DNA from: Segetibacter sp.
GTDB lineage: Bacteria; Bacteroidota; Bacteroidia; Chitinophagales; Chitinophagaceae
Assembly: GCA_025963675.1 (NCBI GenBank)
Contig: JAOQAJ010000045.1
Location: 1-51,736, forward strand
Direction of reading: 5' to 3'
DNA length: 51,736 nucleotides
Part shown: positions 31,356 through 41,124 of the stretch, in pieces
How positions within the stretch are numbered: the first letter of the stretch is position 1
Layout: every line of letters begins with the position of its first letter
Notes under the pieces: generated by a model
What the model saw: only the letters and a program-made list of their open reading frames with translations
The model's database searches: none
What the model was told of the DNA's origin: nothing
Position numbers and translations under genes: made by a program

Positions 31356-32086
31356 TTCTTAAAAAGATCTTTTCTACAGAATATTGTGTTTACCCTGGTG
31401 TCAGCGTAAATTTCATAATCTTTTGTAAGCATGTAATTGATGATGTCGGTTAATTTATAGCTTTCCTGGTTATCATCGTATCCCAGTGTCTCCACGCAAA
31501 TCACGTCGGGTTTGAATTTGGAAAAGTTCAATGACTTCAAAATTTCCAAATCAAGGCCTTCTACATCCAGAGAAATCAGATTGAGGTGGTGATCGGGAAA
31601 ATGTTTTTCGAGAATAGTGTTTACAGGAATCAAAGGCATTTTAATCACTTTTTCTACAGCAATTTTACCCAGCCCTTTCATTCCTGTTTCTACCCAATGG
31701 TCAGCTTCTTTTTTAGAAAATGTACTTAAACCATTTGCTTTGTTTGGAAATAAATAGAAGTCGGCTTCAGTAACATTATTCATTCCGATTCCGGTATTTA
31801 AAACGATATCGCGTGGTCGCTGCGCTTGCAATTTTCTGAAAAGATGGGGATTGGGTTCAATTAATACTCCGGTACTACCACGCTCATAAAAAAAATAAGT
31901 ATTACTTATATATTTTGGCTCGTTAGCACCGATATCCAAATAAGTTGGTTTTGCGATGCCCAGTAGAGCAAACAAATGACTAATAATTAGGTCCTCTCCA
32001 AATTGAGAATAGCTTAGCTGCGCATTGGGAGCCAAAACCCGTTTCGCAAGTTTTCTAAATAATCTCTTTCGGATGTTTTGAATCAT
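31352..32086 (-). CDS. FkbM family methyltransferase
   Basis: YSQFGED, YLDIGANEP...SNTYFFY, LIEPNP, ISLDVEGLDLEIL, PDVICVE. Confidence 0.9.
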   Translation of the reverse strand: MIQNIRKRLFRKLAKRVLAPNAQLSYSQFGEDLIISHLFALLGIAKPTYLDIGANEPKYISNTYFFYERGSTGVLIEPNPHLFRKLQAQRPRDIVLNTGIGMNNVTEADFYLFPNKANGLSTFSKKEADHWVETGMKGLGKIAVEKVIKMPLIPVNTILEKHFPDHHLNLISLDVEGLDLEILKSLNFSKFKPDVICVETLGYDDNQESYKLTDIINYMLTKDYEIYADTRVNTIFCRKDLFKK

Positions 32087-33152
32087 TATTTTTAAATAAA
32101 GTAATGAAGTAGTTTTTTACTTTTCGTTTGTATTTTTTACTTCTATGTTCAATAAAGTTTTGAAAAGAGTTCTGTTTGAGTGCCAGTTCATATATAAGAC
32201 CACTGGAACCAGGAGATCTCCTTTCAATTTCCTTCCTATTTTCTTCGATAACTCCTTCAAAGATTCGCGCAAAGTTATCCTGTGACCAATCCTCGCGAAT
32301 TTTTTTTACAATTGGAGATGATTTTGAAATTGATTCTTTTAAACTTATTCGCGGATAGGGAGGTAAATAACGGGTAATATGACGAAACGTATCATTGTTT
32401 GAGACGGCCAAGGCCTGCCCCGATGATACGGCCTGATCAGTAGTTGCAGCCAATCCAGGCATGTTTCTATCATAGAGAAAGCAGTTAAGTGTATTGGCAG
32501 CACACCAGCTTATCAGTTCCTTCTTGCTCATAAAATCGTGCGTAACCTGAACCTCGATACCATCTTTTGCTCTTTGTTTGCAAACGTCAGCTAAAAAAAA
32601 AGCGTATTCTTTCGAATTAGCAACAAAATCACCATAGGGAATATTAATCTTTACAATTGCCTCATCGAATTCTTTGTTCACTGCTTCAACAACATGCTGA
32701 AAACCTTTTCCCTTAGTTGCAAACCCAAAAGTTCCAATTACAGGAATGGGATTATTTGCGACAGGTAAAGTGAAGTCTACCTTTTCGAGCGGACGAGGAA
32801 AAACATAAACGTTTTTATTGTTTAGTTTAACAGTAGGATCTAAGACACAGTATGCATTGAAGTGGCTAGACGGGCAATAAACAAACGGATCATTTGGGGC
32901 AACTTCCAACACCATCGTTATACAAAATCCAAGATATTTTTTCAGTGTTCTGGTTTCTAACCATGGCATCGTGAAAGGATGGTAATTAAAAAAATAAAAA
33001 TCATAGCCTTTCGGAATTTGCCTGTTACTTATGTCAATCTCTATATAATCCCATTTTAGATGCTTGCAAAGCAAAAGACATTCATAGACCATAAAACCAG
33101 ACTCATAAATACTGTCTTTGGCTTTTTTATTATTTATAAATAGTCCTTTCAT
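32055..33152 (-). CDS. Putative GT-B glycosyltransferase-like protein
   Basis: IGTFGFATKGKGF and GLAATTDQAVSSGQALAVS resemble a GT4-type C-terminal domain; lies in the glycan cluster. Confidence 0.55.
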   Translation of the reverse strand: MKGLFINNKKAKDSIYESGFMVYECLLLCKHLKWDYIEIDISNRQIPKGYDFYFFNYHPFTMPWLETRTLKKYLGFCITMVLEVAPNDPFVYCPSSHFNAYCVLDPTVKLNNKNVYVFPRPLEKVDFTLPVANNPIPVIGTFGFATKGKGFQHVVEAVNKEFDEAIVKINIPYGDFVANSKEYAFFLADVCKQRAKDGIEVQVTHDFMSKKELISWCAANTLNCFLYDRNMPGLAATTDQAVSSGQALAVSNNDTFRHITRYLPPYPRISLKESISKSSPIVKKIREDWSQDNFARIFEGVIEENRKEIERRSPGSSGLIYELALKQNSFQNFIEHRSKKYKRKVKNYFITLFKNNDSKHPKEII

Positions 33153-33169
33153 CAAATCGTCGTAGCTCT

Positions 33170-33215
33170 TATTTTTGATACTATAGGAATTGAACTTCAG
33201 ATAGTATCAAAAATA
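33170..33215. repeat. Perfect 15-bp inverted repeat with 16-nt loop
   Basis: tatttttgatactat (33170-33184) pairs with atagtatcaaaaata (33201-33215). Confidence 0.8.
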
Positions 33216-33278
33216 GTCAGCTTTTAAAAGTCCTATATTCCTTTTTTTATGTACCGGGGAGCCAGGCGGAAAAATGTA

Positions 33279-34535
33279 TTATTTCTTATAAATATCAATT
33301 GTAGGCACAGGAAATATAAAGCCTGTTCCCTTGTCAAGCGCCTCTTGCTCCCTTTCTAAAAACTCCTTCTTAAAATGCCATGGCAACACCAGATAGTAAT
33401 CAGGGTTCATTGCTCTGCTTTCTTGTTCACTTATAATTGGAATGTTTGTCCCAAGTGTATAAGCTCCCCATTTTTCCGGGTTTCTTTCTGCCGCATATTC
33501 TACAAGCATGTTATTCAGATCACACCATTGAAGTATCGTATTTCCTTTCGTTGATGCGCCATAAATATGAACTCTTTTTCCTTCTTTCCTTAACTGTACC
33601 ATTAAGTCGTGTAGTTCCTTCTTAACTTTTTCGATCCGATACTGGAAAGCGACATACGGTTTGTCGGTGTCTAGCTCAAGATCAAACTCCTTTTGGCGAA
33701 TTTCATTCATAAACTTGTGAGCGTCTTTATCATAATATAAGCCACTTTCTTTATGGGTCGCAAAGCATCGAATACTTCCACCGTTTATATCGTTGAATGA
33801 AATTTTAAAAATCTTCATGTCCGCCAATGCTGCAATTTTTTCTAACACAGCCAGGCTATAAAACTCGAGGTGTTCGTGGCAGATGGTATCGTAGCTATCC
33901 AGTTCAAGCATATGAGGCATATAACTCATTTCAAAAACCCAGATACCTTCCGGAGAAAGAAAACGCTTTACATCTTTTACAAACGCAACCGGGCTTTCTA
34001 AATCGTAGAACATGGCAATGGAAGTAATAATATCCATTTTTCTGTTGTCTAACACATTGCTCAACTCTGCCGATGGAAAAATATCCTGCACAACTGTTGC
34101 GCCTGTTACTTCCTGTGCCACGTCGCTTGGATCACAGCCGAATTTTTCAAAGCTTTCCGGATAATAGTTTAATAAGGTGCCATCGTTACACCCAATATCC
34201 AACACGTTACATTTGTCTTTTTTGATTAATCCTAATGTGTTGTCAACAATATCTTTTAGGTGATCTCTCATTGTTGTATTCGTTCCACTGCGGTACCAAT
34301 AGGCTGCATAGAGTATTTCAGGAGGTACACTGTGTTCCATTTGTAGAAGTCCGCAAGCATTCTCATCAATCTGCGGATTGCACCTTACCAACGTACAATT
34401 TATTTTACGTTGTGAAGGCATTTCTTTGCCTGGCTTTACAAATGATCCTTGTAAATATTGTGGACCTAAATCTATTACCGGAGTTAGTGATGAAGAACCA
34501 CAAACACGGCAAGTAGTCCTTTTGCGAATATGCAT
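33279..34535 (-). CDS. NDP-sugar C-methyltransferase (zinc-binding N-terminus, class I SAM)
   Basis: CRVCG, VLDIGCNDGTLL, DTICHEH, GGSIR, YGASTKGNTILQ, YLVLPWHFKKE. Confidence 0.9.
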   Translation of the reverse strand: MHIRKRTTCRVCGSSSLTPVIDLGPQYLQGSFVKPGKEMPSQRKINCTLVRCNPQIDENACGLLQMEHSVPPEILYAAYWYRSGTNTTMRDHLKDIVDNTLGLIKKDKCNVLDIGCNDGTLLNYYPESFEKFGCDPSDVAQEVTGATVVQDIFPSAELSNVLDNRKMDIITSIAMFYDLESPVAFVKDVKRFLSPEGIWVFEMSYMPHMLELDSYDTICHEHLEFYSLAVLEKIAALADMKIFKISFNDINGGSIRCFATHKESGLYYDKDAHKFMNEIRQKEFDLELDTDKPYVAFQYRIEKVKKELHDLMVQLRKEGKRVHIYGASTKGNTILQWCDLNNMLVEYAAERNPEKWGAYTLGTNIPIISEQESRAMNPDYYLVLPWHFKKEFLEREQEALDKGTGFIFPVPTIDIYKK

Positions 34536-34538
34536 TTA

Positions 34539-34985
34539 TTAGATTTTATTTTTTTTGTTAACTATTTCTACTAATTGTAAATCGATAGCATCGATACATT
34601 TGTTCCTCTCGAGGTTCAGCACAGCCAGCATCTTTACAAGATTGTCTTTTTCAGCTACGGGTACGTTTTCAATATCATAACCTTTTTCAACCGCGTGCCA
34701 CAACCTGCAGTTGACATCGGCAAGTTGAAAGAAAAGTTCACCAATATTTCCGTTTATTTCGGCAACTTCATTGCCTTCTTTCTTAAATACTTTATTTGCT
34801 GCGAAGGTGAGTCTTTCTACAGGAATATCACCTGAAACTGCGCCTGCAACAAACTGGTCGATTTCCTCCTGCAACTGTTTTGCCTGTTGATCCAGGCTTT
34901 TCAACCTGTTTTCGTCTTCCGAATGATATTGCTTCAGCTTAACAATCGTAAGTTTATCGCATAACATTCCTAATGTTTCAGCCAT
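34539..34985 (-). CDS. DUF4254/DUF6165-like helical protein
   Basis: ETLGMLCDKLTIVKLKQYH and VNCRLWH...LNLERNKCIDAID motifs; stop codon 3 nt before the C-methyltransferase start. Confidence 0.6.
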   Translation of the reverse strand: MAETLGMLCDKLTIVKLKQYHSEDENRLKSLDQQAKQLQEEIDQFVAGAVSGDIPVERLTFAANKVFKKEGNEVAEINGNIGELFFQLADVNCRLWHAVEKGYDIENVPVAEKDNLVKMLAVLNLERNKCIDAIDLQLVEIVNKKNKI

Positions 34986-35174
34986 TGACTTTTTTTAAGT
35001 AATAATTTTAGAATCAATAAAGGTAACCACCAAAGCTATTGGTTTAGTTTCGCGAAGGTAGAAGATAACATAACATTTTTTAAAAAATTGTTGGTAATCG
35101 TATGTGCTAATTGTCGGGATAACAGCTCACGCTTTTATAATAATTGTAGATATATAAATCAATATATTATCCTG

Positions 35175-36035
35175 TTAATTTTTCTTCAACACCTTTCCCA
35201 ACCATAGAGCGCCGTATTGTTTTGTATAAAAAATAGCGGCGAAAATGTACCATCTCCAGTCGGGATAATACTTTTTCATAAACTTTGCGTGGTTTTTTAT
35301 ACTTGTCGTTCGGATGGTTATCCATTTGTCTTTTGAGACACTGCCTTTATGTACATGCATGACTTGAGCCTGCGGGAGAAAGTGAATTTCATAGCCTAAT
35401 TGCTTAAAGTCCCAGCACCATAAAACGTCTTCGCAATACATAAAGAAATCGTCGGATAATTTGTGCCCTGCCAATTGCCCGATAATCTTTTTTGGAAAAA
35501 ACATGTAAGCGCCCCACACCCAATCGCAATTTGCAAAGCTTTTATGGTCGAAGTAATGGTGGAGCATCAGTTGCTCTCTTTTCTTTTTCGGTAACAGTTT
35601 GTATAAGGGGATAATTTCCAGTAGCTCCCAGGTTATCGTTCTAAAGCGTCTGCAGGTAAACTGAATTCGACCATCAGGATATTGAAGTTGGGCTGTGCTC
35701 ATTCCGACTTCAGGATGTTGCTGCATGTAGTCGTAACAAATTTTGGGAGCGTTATTGATTAGCTCAGTGTCGCTGTTCAGTAAAAGAAGATATTCACCTT
35801 TTGCCCTGGCGATGCCCATATTATTACCACCTGTGAACCCAGTATTTACGGTGCTGGCAATTAAGTTTATGTCAGTAAACTTTTGAAGAAATAAATCAGG
35901 ATCACATTCAGTAGAAGCATTGTCAACCAAAATAATTTCATACGTCATCCCCAGCAATTTTTGCTTAATGGAAGCAATGCAATTGCAAGTGAGTTGAAAG
36001 GTATTATAGTTAATAATGATAATTGAAAGTTGCAT
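35175..36035 (-). CDS. Glycosyltransferase family 2
   Basis: LSIIIINYN, VDNAS, NTGFTGGNN, LLLNSD, FFMYCED. Confidence 0.92.
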   Translation of the reverse strand: MQLSIIIINYNTFQLTCNCIASIKQKLLGMTYEIILVDNASTECDPDLFLQKFTDINLIASTVNTGFTGGNNMGIARAKGEYLLLLNSDTELINNAPKICYDYMQQHPEVGMSTAQLQYPDGRIQFTCRRFRTITWELLEIIPLYKLLPKKKREQLMLHHYFDHKSFANCDWVWGAYMFFPKKIIGQLAGHKLSDDFFMYCEDVLWCWDFKQLGYEIHFLPQAQVMHVHKGSVSKDKWITIRTTSIKNHAKFMKKYYPDWRWYIFAAIFYTKQYGALWLGKVLKKN

Positions 36036-36041
36036 AAGGGA

Positions 36042-37058
36042 TCAATACACTTTGTAAAAGAAAGGCTTGTTCTGAATAATCTTAAAAAAATACTTTAGCA
36101 GGCAGCGAATATTGCTTAAGTACCCTGACACATTTTGCCACGAAAACCTCGATTTTCCTTTCTTGAATACTTTTTCAACTAACAAGCCGATAATAAAAAT
36201 TGGAATTTCAATTATAAAAAATACACAGATAACCAGGAACCAAAAAACGCCAAATTGCTTTCTTATCCTCAGCATTTGCGAAACAATAATTTGTCTTGCC
36301 TTTTTGTTCCAAAGGTTTTTGCCATTTTCATTTTCTTCGGTTGCGTAATAATCACTGCTGGTACCACCGCCCAGGTGAATAACTTTTGGTTCTTCGAATA
36401 AGTATAGTTTACCTACTTTTCTCAAGCGGCTGCACCATTCAATTTCTTCGGCATACATAAAAAAGTCTTCGTCCAGTAAACCTGCTTTTTGAAGGGTCTC
36501 TTTGCGAATCATTATAAAAGCACCTACAATCCAATCTACTTCGACCTTATCTGATACCGTTTGAATACTAGGTACTCTTGTTTTTAATTTATAACCGAGA
36601 TACCTGACAAAGCGGCCAAGATAGGGAAGGGGCAACAGGAAGTTGAGTCCGCCTTGCACAAAATGTGCTCCGGAAATTTGGTGAGTTCCGTCTGGATTTA
36701 GTAATTGAACTCCACACCCTGCCGCCGCTGGTATTTCATTAAAAAGCGAAATTGTCTTATCTAAAGCACCATCTAAAATAATTGTATCGGCGTTTAATAG
36801 TAACAAAAAACTTCCTTTCGCCTTCCGGAGTCCTTCGTTATTAGCCCTGGCAAAACCGGCGTTGTAGCCGGTTTGTATCCAGATGACGTCGGGATATTTC
36901 GAGTGAATCTGTGTTGCACTGTTATCCTGCGAATCGTTGTCGACCACAATAATTTCAAAGCTGTATTTGTTCGTTTCCCGATAAATACTTTCAATACAAT
37001 TCAACACATGTTGCGCGGATTTGTAATTGATAATAATTATGGATAGAACTACTTGCAT
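36042..37058 (-). CDS. Glycosyltransferase family 2
   Basis: LSIIIINY, VVDNDS, NAGFARANN, LLLNAD, LDEDFFMYAEE. Confidence 0.92.
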   Translation of the reverse strand: MQVVLSIIIINYKSAQHVLNCIESIYRETNKYSFEIIVVDNDSQDNSATQIHSKYPDVIWIQTGYNAGFARANNEGLRKAKGSFLLLLNADTIILDGALDKTISLFNEIPAAAGCGVQLLNPDGTHQISGAHFVQGGLNFLLPLPYLGRFVRYLGYKLKTRVPSIQTVSDKVEVDWIVGAFIMIRKETLQKAGLLDEDFFMYAEEIEWCSRLRKVGKLYLFEEPKVIHLGGGTSSDYYATEENENGKNLWNKKARQIIVSQMLRIRKQFGVFWFLVICVFFIIEIPIFIIGLLVEKVFKKGKSRFSWQNVSGYLSNIRCLLKYFFKIIQNKPFFYKVY

Positions 37059-37154
37059 TATGTTTTAACCGGCTTCACATTTTATTATTCCTGCACCTTA
37101 GTGTTTTAGCAGATAAGTTTTGCTACTGTCGATTTGCAGAACAAAGATTAAACT

Positions 37155-37178
37155 GTACAAGAGTGCGACGCAACGATG
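37155..37178 (+). repeat. Family A element core (TGCGACGCA subtype)
   Basis: gtacaagagtgcgacgcaacgatg, identical to 268-291, with a similar tail gtcgggctccaaaaa. Confidence 0.92.
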
Positions 37179-37234
37179 TCTGATAGTAGTAAATGCGTCG
37201 GGCTCCAAAAATATCTATACTCCTTTTTATTTTT

Positions 37235-39721
37235 TCAGACTGCTTGATTTTTACTTAACTCCTTTGTTCTATAACTCATGAAGAGACCGCCTAAAAGAAC
37301 GATGTATAAAAGTATACCGGCAATCATTGCAATCTTAGAACTAATTGCATAAGACTCGGGCTCGAACCTAAAGCTTATAGTATGTTGGCCTGGCGCGACT
37401 GGCATACCTCGCAGCAAGTAATCAACTTTATAATGATCCGTCTTCTTGCCATCAACATAAGCATTCCAACCTGCAGGATAATAAATTTCACTAAAAACCG
37501 CAAACTGTTCGGTATTGGTGTTGGTGACGTACTCGGCAGTGTCGTTGTTATATTTTGTTAGTTTAATACTTGCGGAAGGGTCGGCACTATAAGATTTGAT
37601 TTGAGCCTTTTGAGAATTTATATCAATTAAAGCTGTTTGCTGTGGATTGAAATTATTCAACGCCTTCATCTCTTCAACGGGGCCTTTTAGCGGCTGTAAA
37701 TTTTGTACAAACCACGCTGCACCTAATGCACTGTCGTTCTTTTGCACATTCGGTTCTTTCCCTTGCTGATCAGGAATTAAAAAGTAGCGGGTATCAAGCA
37801 TGTTTAAAACAGGCATATTTATACCAGAGGTGGAAAGCTGGTTCTCAATCAGATCCTGGTACAACCTCAACTTCGCAGGGTGATAACCACCCAACGAACG
37901 ATGAAAATAAGATGTTTTAGATTCGCTAAACCTGTCAGGCGCCAGATTATAGACTCTGAAATGAGGATCCTTATCATTTAAAATGGCAGCATCAGCATTT
38001 GAAGGTTTGAAGTTAAAATCAGTATATGACTCGCTCTCGATATAATTATTTTCATTGAGATACTTTTTATCGATCGCTAACAGGTCAAAAGAGTTTACTG
38101 CTATTAGAATTACGATAACAACTACAGGTGATAACACTTTCCGTGTATAAAGAAATATCAGGCCTACAAACAAGAGTGCGAATCCAATTAACCTAAACCA
38201 ATCACTTATAAACATTGATTTGCGTGCAGCTATCAGGCTGTTTACAATTGTTTTACCCATTTCCTCGCCACCTTGCTGACCGCTGTAAGCTTTCAAAACT
38301 TCCTTATCTACCAAAGCACGATAATCATTGACCAAATAAATAAGCCCAATGAAAACTGCGAGACCTGCTATCGTGTACAGGATATTTTTTAGCAATTTCT
38401 TTTTTTCTGCGTCATTTCTTTCGGTAAACAAAAGTTGTTGCAATGTTATGACTGCGAGAATGGGAGCCAGGATTTGTACAATAGTTAAGGACATGGAAGG
38501 CGCTCTGAATTTATTATACAAAGGCATGTGATGAAAGAGGAACGAATTAAATTCTATGAAGTATTGACCCCAGCTTAAGAAGATGCCGAATATTGCAGCG
38601 GCTATAATCCACCACTTATGATGTGATTTACTAACTACGCAACCGACGATAAACAAGAGCCCGATAATAGCACCAAAATAAAACGGTCCTGAAGTACTAT
38701 ATAAACCACCCCAATACTTTGGGAGTTGGCTGCCTAACTGGGCGGCAGCATTCTCAGGAATGTTTTTTTCTGCAAGCTCCTGTACAAATTTAGAATCTTC
38801 TTCAAAAGTCTCGGCACTGCTTCCGCCATATGCATTAGGCATTATTGTAGTTAGCGTTTCACCTTTTCCATAACTGTATTGAAAAGCATAATCTATATCT
38901 AATCCTTTGGTTTTTTTCTCAACGATTCCAGTTCCGGTATTTTCAATTGTTTTACCTCCACGCATGGTGTATTTCGAATAATCATAGGTAGTCATAAGCG
39001 TCACCGCTGCGTTGCCGACTCCAATTAAAGCTCCAAATATGACTAATGATAAAACAATGGCCAGGTGTTTCCATTCTTTATTTCTTATCCACTTCACCAT
39101 GTAACCAATAGTCATGAAGCTGATAATGATAAAAAGATAAAAGTTGATCTGCGGATGATTTGCTGTTACCTCGACGGTCGCAAAAAATGCTGTAAGGGCA
39201 AGGCCAAGCCAGTACTTTTTATCATACAGCCATATAATTCCTGCAAGTAGTCCTGGTGCCCATGCAACTGCAAACATTTGGGTATCGTGACCTGCATTTA
39301 TGATAACGGGATTGTATGTACTAAACGCATAAGCCAGCCCGCCTAAAATACCGATATAAGGATTTGTTCTTAAAGCGATACAAAGAAGATAAAAAGTCAG
39401 GCAGGCAAGAAAAAAGAAACTGATTGGTTTAGGAAGACCGAGGGTAAAGATTCCTGAAAAATCAAGCAAGGGATGAGGCCAGCTGATCAACACCTGGAAG
39501 TTAGGCATACCGCTAAACAAGTTGCTATTCCACAAAGGCAAGTGGCCATACTTCTCATTAAAGTCCAGTGCATTTTTGGCCATCCCCTGAGAGCCTACAA
39601 TATCATGTTGCTGTAATACTTTTCCATTTAATGCCGGGCTACAAAACATAATAGACACCAATAAAAAAACTATAACGGCAATCACGTGCGGTAAAACTTT
39701 CTTCCAATCGAAATTCTTCAT
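37235..39721 (-). CDS. YfhO family (GT-C-like) multi-pass membrane protein
   Basis: 828 aa with many TM segments; WNSNLFSGMP, HPQINFY, GYHPAKL, FSEIYYPAGWNAYVDG. Confidence 0.88.
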   Translation of the reverse strand: MKNFDWKKVLPHVIAVIVFLLVSIMFCSPALNGKVLQQHDIVGSQGMAKNALDFNEKYGHLPLWNSNLFSGMPNFQVLISWPHPLLDFSGIFTLGLPKPISFFFLACLTFYLLCIALRTNPYIGILGGLAYAFSTYNPVIINAGHDTQMFAVAWAPGLLAGIIWLYDKKYWLGLALTAFFATVEVTANHPQINFYLFIIISFMTIGYMVKWIRNKEWKHLAIVLSLVIFGALIGVGNAAVTLMTTYDYSKYTMRGGKTIENTGTGIVEKKTKGLDIDYAFQYSYGKGETLTTIMPNAYGGSSAETFEEDSKFVQELAEKNIPENAAAQLGSQLPKYWGGLYSTSGPFYFGAIIGLLFIVGCVVSKSHHKWWIIAAAIFGIFLSWGQYFIEFNSFLFHHMPLYNKFRAPSMSLTIVQILAPILAVITLQQLLFTERNDAEKKKLLKNILYTIAGLAVFIGLIYLVNDYRALVDKEVLKAYSGQQGGEEMGKTIVNSLIAARKSMFISDWFRLIGFALLFVGLIFLYTRKVLSPVVVIVILIAVNSFDLLAIDKKYLNENNYIESESYTDFNFKPSNADAAILNDKDPHFRVYNLAPDRFSESKTSYFHRSLGGYHPAKLRLYQDLIENQLSTSGINMPVLNMLDTRYFLIPDQQGKEPNVQKNDSALGAAWFVQNLQPLKGPVEEMKALNNFNPQQTALIDINSQKAQIKSYSADPSASIKLTKYNNDTAEYVTNTNTEQFAVFSEIYYPAGWNAYVDGKKTDHYKVDYLLRGMPVAPGQHTISFRFEPESYAISSKIAMIAGILLYIVLLGGLFMSYRTKELSKNQAV

Positions 39722-39774
39722 GTTGATATTTTATGCAGATGGCAAAATAATACTATTTTACACGAAATAATTTC

Positions 39775-40059
39775 ATGCGTTGGCTTTTATTTATAGGGCG
39801 GGTAGCTTTCATTTGTAACCTGTTCTTTGTTATTTGCTTATTATTGCGTCACACACATTTCACTATTCCGTCGGCATTTAATGAATTCGTTATCATTGTA
39901 GGATGGGTGTTATCGATTTTGTTAAATTTTATTTTTGTTCTTAGTGTCATTATTCTTGTGCTGAGAAAAAGGAACATTTTAGTACCTAAATGGGTTTTGA
40001 TTGTAAACAGTTTCTTTTTCATATTTCAGGTTTCCTATCGCTTACTATTTACTTTTTAA
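39775..40059 (+). CDS. Small hypothetical membrane protein (about three TM helices)
   Basis: 94-aa hydrophobic ORF with ATG start, directly upstream of the YhhQ-like gene. Confidence 0.6.
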   Translation: MRWLLFIGRVAFICNLFFVICLLLRHTHFTIPSAFNEFVIIVGWVLSILLNFIFVLSVIILVLRKRNILVPKWVLIVNSFFFIFQVSYRLLFTF

Positions 40060-40062
40060 TGA

Positions 40063-40839
40063 ATGATGCAAAATATTATTAAAGACAAGCCTACAAAACT
40101 CTTTGTAGCTATTACTGCTTTTTTTGTCGCAAATGCTTTAATTGCCGAATGTATTGGAGGGAAGATTTTTTCACTTGAGAAATTATTAGGGTTACAACCT
40201 GCCAACTTAACGATTTTCGGAGAAACAGGTTTATCGTTCAACCTATCGTGCGGAGTCTTGCTTTGGCCGCTTGAGTTTATCATAACCGATATCGTTAACG
40301 AATACTATGGACCGAAAGCTGTAAAAAGAATTTCTTACATAGCCGTCGCATTGATCTCTTATGCTTTTCTCATTTTTTACCTTGCCATCAATTTTCCTCC
40401 TGCCGATTTTTGGATTGGTACCGGCACCCCAAATCGTATTCCAAATATGAATGATGCTTTCACCTCTATTTTCGGCCAGGGCATGTGGATCATCGTCGCA
40501 AGCATTTTGGCATTTTTAGTAAGCCAGTTGGTTGACGTTACAATATTTCATAAGATAAAAAAGGCCACCGGTGAAAAGAAGGTGTGGCTAAGGGCTACAG
40601 GTTCCACCGTAATATCGCAGCTTGTTGATAGTTTTATTGTAGTATTTGTTGCCTTTAAAATAGGAAAAGGATGGAGCTGGCCAACAGTACTTTCTATTTC
40701 CCTGCTTGGTTATAGTTATAAATTTCTGGTAGCCATCTTAATGACGCCAGTCATTTATTTTGTGGAAGGTCGTATAGCAAATTATTTTGGTAGTGAAACG
40801 GCAAGGCAGATGAAGTTATCGGCAATGGGTAATGAGTAG
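40063..40839 (+). CDS. Queuosine precursor transporter (YhhQ/Vut family)
   Basis: FIITDIVNEYYG, SILAFLVSQLVD, WLRATGSTVISQLVDS. Confidence 0.88.
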   Translation: MMQNIIKDKPTKLFVAITAFFVANALIAECIGGKIFSLEKLLGLQPANLTIFGETGLSFNLSCGVLLWPLEFIITDIVNEYYGPKAVKRISYIAVALISYAFLIFYLAINFPPADFWIGTGTPNRIPNMNDAFTSIFGQGMWIIVASILAFLVSQLVDVTIFHKIKKATGEKKVWLRATGSTVISQLVDSFIVVFVAFKIGKGWSWPTVLSISLLGYSYKFLVAILMTPVIYFVEGRIANYFGSETARQMKLSAMGNE

Positions 40840-40881
40840 GAATTTTTTTTGTAGCCAACCGGAGTAACCTTTTTAAACTCC

Positions 40882-40902
40882 CGTTGCGTCGCACTCTTGT
40901 AC
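40882..40902 (-). repeat. Family A element core (TGCGACGCA subtype)
   Basis: Reverse complement gtacaagagtgcgacgcaacg; tail ggttggctacaaaaa. Confidence 0.9.
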
Positions 40903-40962
40903 TTTTTAAGATTCTATTCAGCTTTTTGGATGTCTGGTAAAAATGCGTTTCAATAAATGCTC

Positions 40963-41062
40963 TCTCGGTGCACTTCGTGTAAACCTTAGTGTCCTTTGTG
41001 CTCCTTTTTTGGAACACGAAGGACACTAAGGACCACGAAGAACACTACGATTATCACGAGAA
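40963..41062. repeat. ~9-nt-periodic hairpin (family C) between convergent genes
   Basis: cttagtgtcctttgtgctcc-tttttt-ggaacacgaaggacactaag near-perfect stem, extended by further cttcgtg/cacgaag units. Confidence 0.85.
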
Positions 41063-41124
41063 TTGATATAAGCATCATAACGGGTGAAACGACTGTTTGG
41101 AAGTCGCCGTATGCAAAAGAAAGT

